From assembly GCF_001457595.1 (NCBI RefSeq), contig NZ_LN831039.1, positions 960,001 through 992,000 of the forward strand: a DNA stretch of 32,000 nucleotides. The letters are read 5' to 3'. A program made the translations under genes and the position numbers. A model generated the notes under the pieces. It was given only the letters and a program-made list of their open reading frames with translations. It did no database searches and had not been told where the DNA came from. Source of the stretch: Mycolicibacterium smegmatis (GTDB lineage Bacteria; Actinomycetota; Actinomycetes; Mycobacteriales; Mycobacteriaceae). Position 1 is the stretch's first letter, and each line of letters starts with the position of its first letter. Below, one piece after another: positions 7,980 to 14,576 of this stretch.

Positions 7980-8849
7980 ATGGGCGAGGTGGTCATCGGC
8001 GGAGAGGCGTTGGCAAAGGGGCTGGTGACCCGGAACGACCTGCGACACCACTATCGGCGCCTGTTTCCCGGTGTGTATGTGCGCGGCGAGCCGACGCTGC
8101 GGGACCGGACGGTGGGCGCGTGGCTGTGGTCGGGGCGACGTGGGGTGCTCGCGGGCGTTGCCGCGTCCGCACTGCACGGCTCCGCGTGGGTCGATCCCGA
8201 CGTGCCGATCGAGCTGATCTGGCGCAACGGACGCCCGCCCGCCGGGCTGATCGTGCGGAACGAGACGCTCGCGGCTGACGAGGTCATGCGCGTCGCGGGG
8301 TTACCCGTCACCACCCCGGCGCGTACCGCGTTCGATCTGGCCCGCCACCTGCCACGCGACGAGGCCGTCGCCCGCATCGATGCGTTGGCGTGGACCCGCC
8401 GGGTGACCGTCGACGACGTCGCTGCGCTGATCGAGCGGTACCCGGCCGCGCGCGGGATTCGCGCTGCCCGAGCTGTTCTCCGGTTGGTCGACGCGGGGGC
8501 CGACTCACCACGGGAGACCTGGCTGCGGCTGCGGTTGACCGATGCCGGCCTGCCGCCCGACTCCACGCAGATCCCCGTCGTCGACGAGCGCGGCCGCATC
8601 GTGGCGATCCTGGACATGGGGTGGGAGCGCCACCTCGTGGCGGTCAATTATGACGGCGTCTTCCACCAGTCGGACCGCAAGAGGTACGTGCGCGACCTGA
8701 AAACCCTACGGGCGCTCGAAGACCGGGGCTGGATCGTCATCCGTGTGGTCGCCGAGGACGACATCGCCGACGTCATCACCCGCGTGCGACGTGCGCTGCT
8801 GCGCCGTGGCTGGCGCCGAGATTGCAGTGAGGGACAAATTCCGGCGTGA
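7980..8849 (+). CDS. DUF559/Vsr-like endonuclease-fold domain protein with N-terminal AbiEi-like HTH region
   Basis: 289-aa ORF. The C-terminal part ILDMGWERHLVAVNYDGVFHQSDRKRYVRDLKTLRALEDRGWIVIRV fits the DUF559 pattern (D..E.DG..H....D..R...L...GW.V.R). The N-terminus (GLVTRNDLRHHYRRLFPGVYV) resembles the multi-copy actinobacterial family with an AbiEi_4-like domain. The last 11 codons are encoded by repeat copy 2. Confidence 0.7.
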   Translation: MGEVVIGGEALAKGLVTRNDLRHHYRRLFPGVYVRGEPTLRDRTVGAWLWSGRRGVLAGVAASALHGSAWVDPDVPIELIWRNGRPPAGLIVRNETLAADEVMRVAGLPVTTPARTAFDLARHLPRDEAVARIDALAWTRRVTVDDVAALIERYPAARGIRAARAVLRLVDAGADSPRETWLRLRLTDAGLPPDSTQIPVVDERGRIVAILDMGWERHLVAVNYDGVFHQSDRKRYVRDLKTLRALEDRGWIVIRVVAEDDIADVITRVRRALLRRGWRRDCSEGQIPA

Positions 8850-8876
8850 GTTTGTCCCTCAGTGCAATCTCGGTGT
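8814..8876. repeat. REP-like palindromic element, family B, copy 2
   Basis: CGCCGAGATTGCAGTGAGGGACAAATTCCGGCGTGAGTTTGTCCCTCAGTGCAATCTCGGTG. Arms 8816-8838 and 8851-8873 have one mismatch. It has the same orientation as copy 1 and near-identical arms. It overlaps the stop of the 7980..8849 ORF and fills the gap to the convergent permease gene. Confidence 0.7.
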
Positions 8877-8882
8877 GCGGTT

Positions 8883-10169
8883 TCAGAAGTACCGCAGCCA
8901 GACGTATACCCAGGCCAGGGCCGTGCTGAGGAGCGTCACCACGATGCCGTAGCGCGTGAACTGCCAGAAGCTGATCGGATGGCCCGCGCGTTTGGCGATG
9001 CCGATGGCCACCACGTTGGCGCTCGCGGCGATCGCGGTGCCGTTGCCGCTGAAGCACGCGCCCAGCGCGAACGCCCACCACAGGGCGTCGCCGGTCACCG
9101 CGTCGGGCGCCTGGGCGACCATCGACTCGACCACCGGGGTCATGGTCGCGGTGTAAGGGATGTTGTCGATGAACGCGCCCGCGATCGACGAACCGAACAG
9201 CAGGGCCGTGGCCGCACCGAGCCAGTTGTCGCCGAACGCCGATTGCGCGACCGAGCCGAGTTCCCCGATGACGCCGGTGTGCGTCAGGCCGGCGACCATG
9301 ACGAACAGGCCCATGAAGAACACCAGCGTGGGCCACTCGACCTCGGGCAGCACCTCGTTGATGTCGACATCGGTGACCAGCAGCATCACGCCCGCGCCGA
9401 GCAGTGCGACGATCGAAGGGGCGACGTGGAAAACCGAGTGCAGCGCGAAGCCGACGATGACGATGTTGAGCACGATCAGGGACCGGACCAGCAGGCGCAT
9501 GTCCTTGATGGCGCGCCGTTCCTGCAGCGCCATCACCTCTTCGATGTGAACGTGATTGGCGCGCAGCTCTTTCCGGAACAGCACGCGTGTGAACACCACG
9601 AACAGTGCGAAGATCACGACCACGATCGGGGCCATGTGGACGAGGAAGTCGTTGAACGTCAGGCCCGCCCGGCTGCCGATGATGATGTTCGGCGGATCAC
9701 CGATGAGCGTGGCCGCGCCGCCGATGTTGGACGCGAGGACCTCGGCGATCAGGTAGGGCTGCGGCGGGATGCGCAGGCGGTCGCAGATCACGACCGTGAC
9801 CGGCGCGACCAGCAGGATGATCGTGACGTTGTCGAGCACCGGCGATGCGAACGCGGTGATGACCATCAGCATGACCATCAGCCGGAACGGTTTACCGCGA
9901 GAGCGTTTCGCGGCCCAGATGGCGAGGAAGTCGAACAGGCCGGTCTGTTTGACCACGCCGACGATCACCATCATGCCGAGCAGCAGGAAGATGACGTTCC
10001 AGTCGATACCTTCGTGCTCGGAGTAGAACACCTCCGCGCCGGGCACCAGACCCAACAAGGTCATCAGCCCGGCGGCGACGAGAACCGTCTTGACCTTGTC
10101 GGCCCGCTCGGTGGCGATGAACCAGAAGGCGACGACGAATATCGTCAGCGCCAGAACCGGAGCCAGCAC
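8883..10169 (-). CDS. ArsB/NhaD superfamily permease
   Basis: 428-aa polytopic ORF with a GTG start. Motifs typical of ArsB/NhaD permeases include ASNIGGAATLIGDPPNIIIG and FIDNIPYTATMTPV. Its size and composition resemble mycobacterial ArsB-type proteins. The substrate cannot be inferred from sequence. Confidence 0.8.
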   Translation of the reverse strand: MLAPVLALTIFVVAFWFIATERADKVKTVLVAAGLMTLLGLVPGAEVFYSEHEGIDWNVIFLLLGMMVIVGVVKQTGLFDFLAIWAAKRSRGKPFRLMVMLMVITAFASPVLDNVTIILLVAPVTVVICDRLRIPPQPYLIAEVLASNIGGAATLIGDPPNIIIGSRAGLTFNDFLVHMAPIVVVIFALFVVFTRVLFRKELRANHVHIEEVMALQERRAIKDMRLLVRSLIVLNIVIVGFALHSVFHVAPSIVALLGAGVMLLVTDVDINEVLPEVEWPTLVFFMGLFVMVAGLTHTGVIGELGSVAQSAFGDNWLGAATALLFGSSIAGAFIDNIPYTATMTPVVESMVAQAPDAVTGDALWWAFALGACFSGNGTAIAASANVVAIGIAKRAGHPISFWQFTRYGIVVTLLSTALAWVYVWLRYF

Positions 10170-10187
10170 GGGCCGGGAACCGGGGGA

Positions 10188-10682
10188 TCAGTCGCCCGGC
10201 CCGGCAACAGCCAGACTGGTCAGCAGCCGTTCCAGGGTGACAGCGCCGGTGAGCTTTCCGTCGCGATCGACGACGGCGATCAGCGGGCTGCGCTTGTTCG
10301 CCATGATCGTCGCGATCTCCAGCAGCGTGGCGTCGGGCGCCACGGTCGCCGGCGTGGCGACGGGGTTGGGAAGGCAGTCACCGACGGTGAGCTTGCCGGG
10401 TCCGTGCCAGAACAGGTCGGCGTGGATCTCGTCGACCGTTCGCACCAGCGCGGGATCGTCGCGGTAGGACTCGGGAATTGCCAACTTCAGCACCTGGGTG
10501 CCGGGCAGCACAGCCACCGGACGATCGAGGTCGTCGACGACCACCAGGCCCGGCAGCCGATTGACGACCATCAACTGCACAGCCTTGGAGACGGGGTCGT
10601 CGATGCGCACGGTCGGCGGGTGAACGGCGATCTCATGAGCTTGCATATCTCGTTTCCCTCGAGCAGGGGCAGTTAAGGTCAT
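10188..10682 (-). CDS. CBS-pair domain protein
   Basis: 164-aa ORF with two CBS repeats ([30 protein letters not shown] and [37 protein letters not shown]). The ATG at 10682 overlaps the upstream stop (ATGA). An alternative start is the internal ATG at codon 13 (MQAHEIA), preceded by GAGGGA. Confidence 0.8.
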   Translation of the reverse strand: MTLTAPARGKRDMQAHEIAVHPPTVRIDDPVSKAVQLMVVNRLPGLVVVDDLDRPVAVLPGTQVLKLAIPESYRDDPALVRTVDEIHADLFWHGPGKLTVGDCLPNPVATPATVAPDATLLEIATIMANKRSPLIAVVDRDGKLTGAVTLERLLTSLAVAGPGD

Positions 10683-10927
10683 GGTCCTCGTTCTCCGATC
10701 AATTCGGGACGGGTGTGCAGGATCTCGGCAATTTCGTCGGCCTCGTCGGGTTCCAACACGATGGTCTCGGCAGGGACGTCGACATCGGCGCCCGGGTCGT
10801 CAGCGCGGTAGGTGAACAGATGGCGGTTGCGATCGGCGTCGACCAGAACGCAGAACCGCTTGCCGTTCCGCGTGAGGACGTGGTGGAGCATTCCGTTACC
10901 AGGGACTGGCATCCGATCGATCCGCAT
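10679..10927 (-). CDS. KhtT-like cation:proton antiporter regulatory subunit, N-terminal domain only
   Basis: I place the start at ATG 10927, preceded by GGAGGG with a 7-nt spacer; the track ORF begins 5 codons earlier at a [48 protein letters not shown]...[14 protein letters not shown] parallels the B. subtilis KhtT/YhaT N-domain as I recall it (DLPGIGKKFEI...IIIHDDGRREIYRF...LDDSEARQIAAILGG). At 82 aa it has no RCK_C/TrkA_C domain. Confidence 0.65.
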   Translation of the reverse strand: MRIDRMPVPGNGMLHHVLTRNGKRFCVLVDADRNRHLFTYRADDPGADVDVPAETIVLEPDEADEIAEILHTRPELIGERGP

Positions 10928-11011
10928 CGGTGTTCCCTCCAAGCAGGTGCCCTCAAGTCTGCTTTTCCTATCTATCTGGGGCTATCCGGTCTGACACCCA
11001 TTCGGCCGGGG

Positions 11012-12028
11012 GTGAAGACTGTATGGACAAAACCCGCGGGGACAGTCCACGCTGGTGGGGTGAAACCGGCGCGCACTCCGGCGGCCGCGCTGTTCCGGAG
11101 AGTGTTTCTGATCAACGGCCTGATCTTCGCCCTCGGCACGTTGATCCTGGCAGTCTCACCGGCGACGGTTTCCTCGCGAATCCGGCTGACCGAGATCCCG
11201 GTGCTCGTCGTGGGTCTGGCGGTCATGCTGACAGCCAACGCGCTGCTGCTGCGGTCGAGTCTCGCCCCGCTGAACCGGCTCGCCGAATCCATGCAACGCG
11301 TCGACCCGCCGCGGCGTACCGACCGCGTCGACGGCCGCGGCACCGGGGACCTGCACCACCTGATCGAATCGTTCAACGCCATGCTCGACAGGCTGGAGAC
11401 CGAGCGGTCCACGGCCAGCGCGTCGGCACTTGCGGCCCAGGAGAACGAGCGGCAGCGCATCGCACGCGAACTGCACGACGAGATCGGCCAGACGCTGACC
11501 GTCGCGCTGCTCGCACTCAAACGTGCCGTCGACCGGGCGCCCGAGTCGATCCGCGGTGAGCTGTCCGATGCGAAGGAGATCGTGCGGTCCAGCCTCGACG
11601 AGGTGCGCGAGATCGCGCGGCGGTTGCGCCCCGACGCTTTGGAGGACCTGGGGCTGCACAGCGCATTGAACGCGTTGTGCAGCGACTTCGCGCAGGCGTC
11701 CGGCATCAGCGTCGTGAAACACATTTCGCCGCAACTGGATCGGTTGAAGCCCGACGTCGAGTTGGTGTGCTACCGGATTGTGCAGGAAAGTCTGACGAAC
11801 GTCGCACGGCACTCGGGTGCCCGCAAGGTGTGGCTCGATCTGCACATCAGCACCGACGAGTTGACGCTGCGTATTGCCGACGACGGACGCGGCGGTGTGC
11901 TCGAGGAGGGGGCCGGTATCAACGGCATGCGTGAACGTGCGCTGCTGGTGAACGGCACCTTCACCATCAGTTCGCCGGAGGACGGCGGCACCGAGGTGCG
12001 GTTGGTCATCCCGATGCGAGGCGGTTGA
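11012..12028 (+). CDS. Sensor histidine kinase, HisKA_3 (NarX/DesK-like) class, intramembrane-sensing type
   Basis: H-box ENERQRIARELHDEIGQTLT, N-box QESLTNVARHS, G-boxes DDGRGG and GAGINGMRERA. Two TM helices (VFLINGLIFALGTLILAV and IPVLVVGLAVMLTANALLL) are joined by only ~8 residues. The start is uncertain: in-frame GTG at 11012 or GTG at 11060. The track ORF start at 10715 overlaps the divergent gene and is rejected. Confidence 0.8.
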   Translation: MKTVWTKPAGTVHAGGVKPARTPAAALFRRVFLINGLIFALGTLILAVSPATVSSRIRLTEIPVLVVGLAVMLTANALLLRSSLAPLNRLAESMQRVDPPRRTDRVDGRGTGDLHHLIESFNAMLDRLETERSTASASALAAQENERQRIARELHDEIGQTLTVALLALKRAVDRAPESIRGELSDAKEIVRSSLDEVREIARRLRPDALEDLGLHSALNALCSDFAQASGISVVKHISPQLDRLKPDVELVCYRIVQESLTNVARHSGARKVWLDLHISTDELTLRIADDGRGGVLEEGAGINGMRERALLVNGTFTISSPEDGGTEVRLVIPMRGG

Positions 12029-12675
12029 TGGCAGCTCGCATACTGCTGGCCGACGATCACGCGCTGGTGCGCAGCGGGCTGCGCATGATCATCGACGCCG
12101 AACCGGATCTTCAGGTGGTGGCCGAGGCGGCCGACGGATACGAGGCACTCTCGGCCCTGGACACCGAAACCGTCGACCTGGCGATTCTCGACATCGCGAT
12201 GCCGCGGATGACGGGACTGCAGGCCGCGCGGGAGATCAATCGGTCGCATCCGGACGTCCGGATCCTGATCCTGTCGATGTACGACAACGAGCAGTACTTC
12301 TTCGAGGCGCTCAAGGCCGGCGCGTCGGGGTATGTGCTGAAGTCGGTGGCCGACCGCGACCTGCTCGAGGCGTGCCGTGCGACGCTGCGTGGTGAACCCT
12401 TCCTGTACGCCGGTGCCATCACGGCCCTGATCCGCGATTTCCTGCACCGTGCGCGCCAGGGTGGCGAACCACCCGACAGCATCCTCACGCCGCGTGAGGA
12501 GGAGGTGCTCAAGCTGATCGCCGAGGGGTATTCGACGCGCGAGATCGCCGCGACGCTGACGATCAGCGCCAAGACCGTCGACCGGCACCGCACGAACATC
12601 CTGGCCAAGCTCGGTCTGCGTGACCGATTGGCGCTGACGCGCTACGCGATCCGGGCCGGTCTCATCGAGCCGTGA
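12025..12675 (+). CDS. NarL/LuxR-family response regulator
   Basis: Receiver domain (ILLADDHALVRSGL, DLAILDIAMPRMTG, SMYD) plus a LuxR HTH (LTPREEEVLKLIAEGYSTREIAATLTISAKTVDRHRTNILAKLG). Its start overlaps the kinase stop by 4 nt. Confidence 0.9.
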   Translation: MMAARILLADDHALVRSGLRMIIDAEPDLQVVAEAADGYEALSALDTETVDLAILDIAMPRMTGLQAAREINRSHPDVRILILSMYDNEQYFFEALKAGASGYVLKSVADRDLLEACRATLRGEPFLYAGAITALIRDFLHRARQGGEPPDSILTPREEEVLKLIAEGYSTREIAATLTISAKTVDRHRTNILAKLGLRDRLALTRYAIRAGLIEP

Positions 12676-13094
12676 GCCCAGATCGGAATGGCATGGGAGG
12701 CAACGCCGATGCCCCAGCCCATGATCGGCCACACCGGCCAGAAGTACCATCCGCCTCCGCCGAGGCCGACGGCCAGCCAGATGCCGAGCATCAACACCGA
12801 ACCCGCGACGTAGGCCGCGAGGTGTAGCCGCACACTCATGCGGGCCGCGCGCATCTGTGCCTCGCGCCGGCGAGGGTCGTTGCGGCGCAGGGCGGCCACG
12901 GGAAGGTCGGCGACGAGGTCGCGCAGTTGCGCGGTGGTCTGCGCGCCGAACACTCGCTGCAACCGTTCCTCGTACTCGGGCATCCCCAGGTAGCCCTGTG
13001 CGAGGGCGCGGCCCAGGTCATCGGCGGTGCGTTCCCGCTCCGGGTCGCCGACGCGCGTGGACCGCTCGACAGTGGGCAGAACCGTGTTGGCCAT
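12642..13094 (-). CDS. DUF1707 domain membrane protein
   Basis: I place the start at ATG 13094, preceded by GGGAGG. The N-terminal RVGDPERERTADDLGRALAQGYLGMPEYEERLQRVFGAQTTAQLRDLVADLP matches the DUF1707 pattern. It is followed by two Trp/Gly-rich TM helices. The 3' end overlaps the convergent response-regulator gene by 34 nt. Confidence 0.75.
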   Translation of the reverse strand: MANTVLPTVERSTRVGDPERERTADDLGRALAQGYLGMPEYEERLQRVFGAQTTAQLRDLVADLPVAALRRNDPRRREAQMRAARMSVRLHLAAYVAGSVLMLGIWLAVGLGGGGWYFWPVWPIMGWGIGVASHAIPIWAHGSMRPARIA

Positions 13095-13108
13095 GGCAGC
13101 CTCCCGAT

Positions 13109-13161
13109 ATCTTGACGGTGACAAGTTCCACTGTCGCATGCGAACTTGTCACCGTCAAGAT
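13109..13161. repeat. Perfect 19-bp inverted repeat (intercistronic stem-loop or operator)
   Basis: 13109-13127 ATCTTGACGGTGACAAGTT and 13143-13161 AACTTGTCACCGTCAAGAT are exact reverse complements separated by a 15-nt loop. The right arm contains the stop codon (13157..13155) of the upstream SRPBCC-like gene. The left arm ends 3 nt before the GGGAGG RBS of the DUF1707 gene. Confidence 0.8.
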
Positions 13162-13541
13162 GTTTTCTGCTCCTGTCTCGCGCGGCCGGCAATGCGTTTG
13201 AGGGTCCGGCGCACGGCCACCCGGTGCCCGCCGGTGCCGATGACGAGCGCCCGGTAGACCTTGCCGTGCGGGCCCGGGAATGCCGCCCAGGTCTGCGAAC
13301 GCACCCGGGTTCGGCGCGCGTTGACCGCATCGAGAATGAACACCCACTCGTAGGCCGCGAACGGGTGGCGGCCACGGAGGCTGAGCCGCGTCCCGGCTTC
13401 GAAGTCGCCGATGACGAACCCGAATGGCGCGCGCGGATCGGCGGCATCTCCGCAGAGCGTGGTCAACACGGCCGCCCAGGTCGTAGCCGTATCGGTGTCG
13501 AGAGTTATGGCATGCTCATCGATATAGGATAATCGCTCCAT
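13155..13541 (-). CDS. Small SRPBCC-superfamily-like protein (family assignment tentative)
   Basis: This is the in-frame 3' part of the spurious 526-aa track ORF. I place the start at ATG 13541 (MERLSYIDEHAITLDTDTATTWAAVLTTL...). The 128-aa product has the pattern seen in small SRPBCC/DUF2867-like proteins (RGRHPFAAYEWVFILD...TRVRSQTWAAFPGPHGKVYRALVIGTGGH). Upstream of this ATG the frame turns Arg/Gly/Asp-rich, which is typical of a shadow frame. Confidence 0.6.
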   Translation of the reverse strand: MERLSYIDEHAITLDTDTATTWAAVLTTLCGDAADPRAPFGFVIGDFEAGTRLSLRGRHPFAAYEWVFILDAVNARRTRVRSQTWAAFPGPHGKVYRALVIGTGGHRVAVRRTLKRIAGRARQEQKTS

Positions 13542-13562
13542 ATAGAAGGACCGTACTAGATA

Positions 13563-14576
13563 GTGGCACCTCCACGGAAGCATGAAACCGACGCGATCCT
13601 CGACGCGGCGCGTGCGCTCGTCCTCACCGAAGGTCCGCGGGCAGCCAGTGTCGCCGCGATCGCCAAGGCCAGCGGTGCCCCGGTTGGCACCCTGTATCAC
13701 CGGTTCGGCAACCGCGACGGCATTCTCAAGGCCACCTGGCTGCGTGGCATCGAGCGGTTCCAGCGCCGCGCCATGGCAGCCGATGGTGCGACGCCGGTCG
13801 AGGTTGCGGTCGCGATGGCCGGCGCGGTCCTGCAGTTCGCGCGCGACGAACCCGAGGACGCCCGGTTGCTGCTGACCATCCGGCGGGCCGACCTGCTCGA
13901 CGGTGGGCCCGACGCCGACTTCGACGCGACGCTGGCCGACATGAACGCCCCGGTCTTCGAACGCCTCCACGAACTGGCCCGCGGCATCTTCGGGCGCGAC
14001 GACGACCGGGCGATGGACGCCGTCATGCGCGCCGTGGCCGACCTGCCGTACGCGACCGTGCGGCGTCACATCGACGACGGCAAATGGCCGGTGTGGCTGT
14101 CGGAGGACCTTGCGACGTCGGTACGTAGGCTGTTGTCCGTGGACAAAATCGTCAGCGCCAGCCGCGAGATCGCCGCACCTTCTGACGTCATCTTCGAACT
14201 CATCGCCGACCCGGCCCAGCAGCCCCGCTGGGACGGCAACGAGAATCTGCTCAGGATGGCCTCGGGTGGGCGCGTCCGCGGCGTCGGCGAGGTCTTCACG
14301 ATGGAGATCAAGCAGGGCGGCTTCCGGGACAATCACGTCATCGAGTTCGAGGAGGGGCGCCGGATCGCTTGGCGCCCTGCGGTTGCCGGTGAACAGCCGC
14401 TCGGACATCTGTGGCGCTGGGAACTGCAGCCCGCCGGTGAGGGGCGCACGCTGGTCACCCACACCTACGACTGGACGCAGCTCACCGACGAGAAACGCTT
14501 CCCCAAGGCGAGCGCGACCACCGCCGACAAGCTGCAGGAGTCCGTCGATCGGCTCGCCGCGATCGTCGAGGGCTAA
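13563..14576 (+). CDS. TetR-family regulator fused in-frame to an SRPBCC (polyketide cyclase/START-like) domain
   Basis: GTG start at 13563. The N-terminal TetR HTH is ILDAARALVLTEGPRAASVAAIAKASGAPVGTLYHRFGNRDGIL, followed by a ~190-aa TetR body. From codon ~193 (VDKIVSASREIAAPSDVIFELIADPAQQPRWDGN...WRWELQPAGEGRTLVTHTYDW) there is a complete ~145-aa SRPBCC domain. No in-frame stop separates the two halves. Confidence 0.75.
   Translation: MAPPRKHETDAILDAARALVLTEGPRAASVAAIAKASGAPVGTLYHRFGNRDGILKATWLRGIERFQRRAMAADGATPVEVAVAMAGAVLQFARDEPEDARLLLTIRRADLLDGGPDADFDATLADMNAPVFERLHELARGIFGRDDDRAMDAVMRAVADLPYATVRRHIDDGKWPVWLSEDLATSVRRLLSVDKIVSASREIAAPSDVIFELIADPAQQPRWDGNENLLRMASGGRVRGVGEVFTMEIKQGGFRDNHVIEFEEGRRIAWRPAVAGEQPLGHLWRWELQPAGEGRTLVTHTYDWTQLTDEKRFPKASATTADKLQESVDRLAAIVEG

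Noticed and set aside
8862-10676. 604-aa plus-strand ORF covering the permease and CBS genes
   Set aside because: It is a shadow frame opposite two well-supported minus-strand genes. Its composition (D/R/H/E/Q/G) is non-protein-like and it has no RBS.
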